A stretch of 63,959 nucleotides of DNA, the filler included, from Theionarchaea archaeon (GTDB lineage: Archaea > Methanobacteriota_B > Thermococci > Methanofastidiosales > SZ-28-30), in assembly GCA_018992565.1 (NCBI GenBank). It is 6 parts of 6 records of this genome, joined end to end, with 100 filler letters (N's around TTAATTAATTAA, not from the genome) between each part and the next. Parts side by side here need not be neighbours in the genome. Positions count along the whole stretch, not along the records: positions 58,717 to 63,959 come from JACVGW010000126.1; 5 more parts are not named here. The stretch is one strand, 5' to 3'. Below, piece by piece: positions 63,467 through 63,959 of the stretch. Each line of letters opens with the position of its first letter. The stretch's first letter is position 1. Under the pieces are notes generated by a model that was not told the origin of the DNA, ran no database searches, and saw nothing but the letters and a program-made list of their open reading frames with translations. Made by a program: the position numbers and the translations under genes.

Positions 63467-63959
63467 GTGGGAAAAGCCAGTGATCTGGAAGATGCTCTGA
63501 AAAGACTGGAACAGAGAGAGAAAAAGATCAGGGAACGAGCAGGAGCCCTGGGAATTCATTTTAGAGATGAATTTTCAGACCTCAGAGAAGCTGTTGCAGA
63601 CATATCTGGAGACCATCCTGGTAGTGAAAGAGTCTCCGAGGGCAAACAGGCTTCGCGTAGAGAGACAGGCGGGGTAAGGGATTTGCAAGAGCTTCTTTCT
63701 GATGCCATGGAGTTCTACAATGCCCTTGCAACGTACGATGGGACACGGGCCAAGAGACTGTACGCGGAGCTCTTGAGAAGACAATTGAACCTTCCCGAAG
63801 ATACAGACTACACTCAGAGAATGAAAATTGAAGAATACCTCGTTAAGATCGGAAAAGAAATCCAGAAAGAGGAAGAAGGGAGTGTTGAAGCTCATGTTCA
63901 GTCATATCCGCTGCCACCAGTCCAGGAAGAGGAACCCAGCCCCGGAGATGAGGTGTATG
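63467..63959 (+). CDS. Hypothetical protein, runs off window end
   Basis: Manual translation from GTG: MGKASDLEDALKRLEQREKKIRERAG..., open to the end. Confidence 0.6.
   Translation, partial: MGKASDLEDALKRLEQREKKIRERAGALGIHFRDEFSDLREAVADISGDHPGSERVSEGKQASRRETGGVRDLQELLSDAMEFYNALATYDGTRAKRLYAELLRRQLNLPEDTDYTQRMKIEEYLVKIGKEIQKEEEGSVEAHVQSYPLPPVQEEEPSPGDEVY

Overview
Archaeal (euryarchaeal) draft-genome window of six contigs joined by artificial N-TTAATTAATTAA-N linkers, with six internal 100-N gaps. Thermosome, archaeal DnaG, RpoE'/Spt4, CTP-dependent riboflavin kinase and BRE/TATA promoters establish an archaeon; a Theionarchaea-like lineage is my inference from the Ehb plus C25-protease content. 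It carries housekeeping genes (gltX, ileS, dnaG, hppA, rpoE1-spt4-DUF359), a MoxR cluster, a 14-gene Ehb-type energy-converting [NiFe] hydrogenase operon, two C25 (gingipain-like) proteases, an Rhs core fragment and an SRA-HNH nuclease. The main discoveries are: (1) a radical SAM/SPASM gene followed by three small Cys/Asp-rich precursor ORFs not properly called by the ORF track (candidate archaeal ranthipeptide system); (2) evidence at three loci that ACG serves as a start codon; (3) a second RiPP island with an NHLP-like precursor, a second short peptide and four complete plus one partial probable radical SAM genes. No rRNA, tRNA or CRISPR array was recognised.
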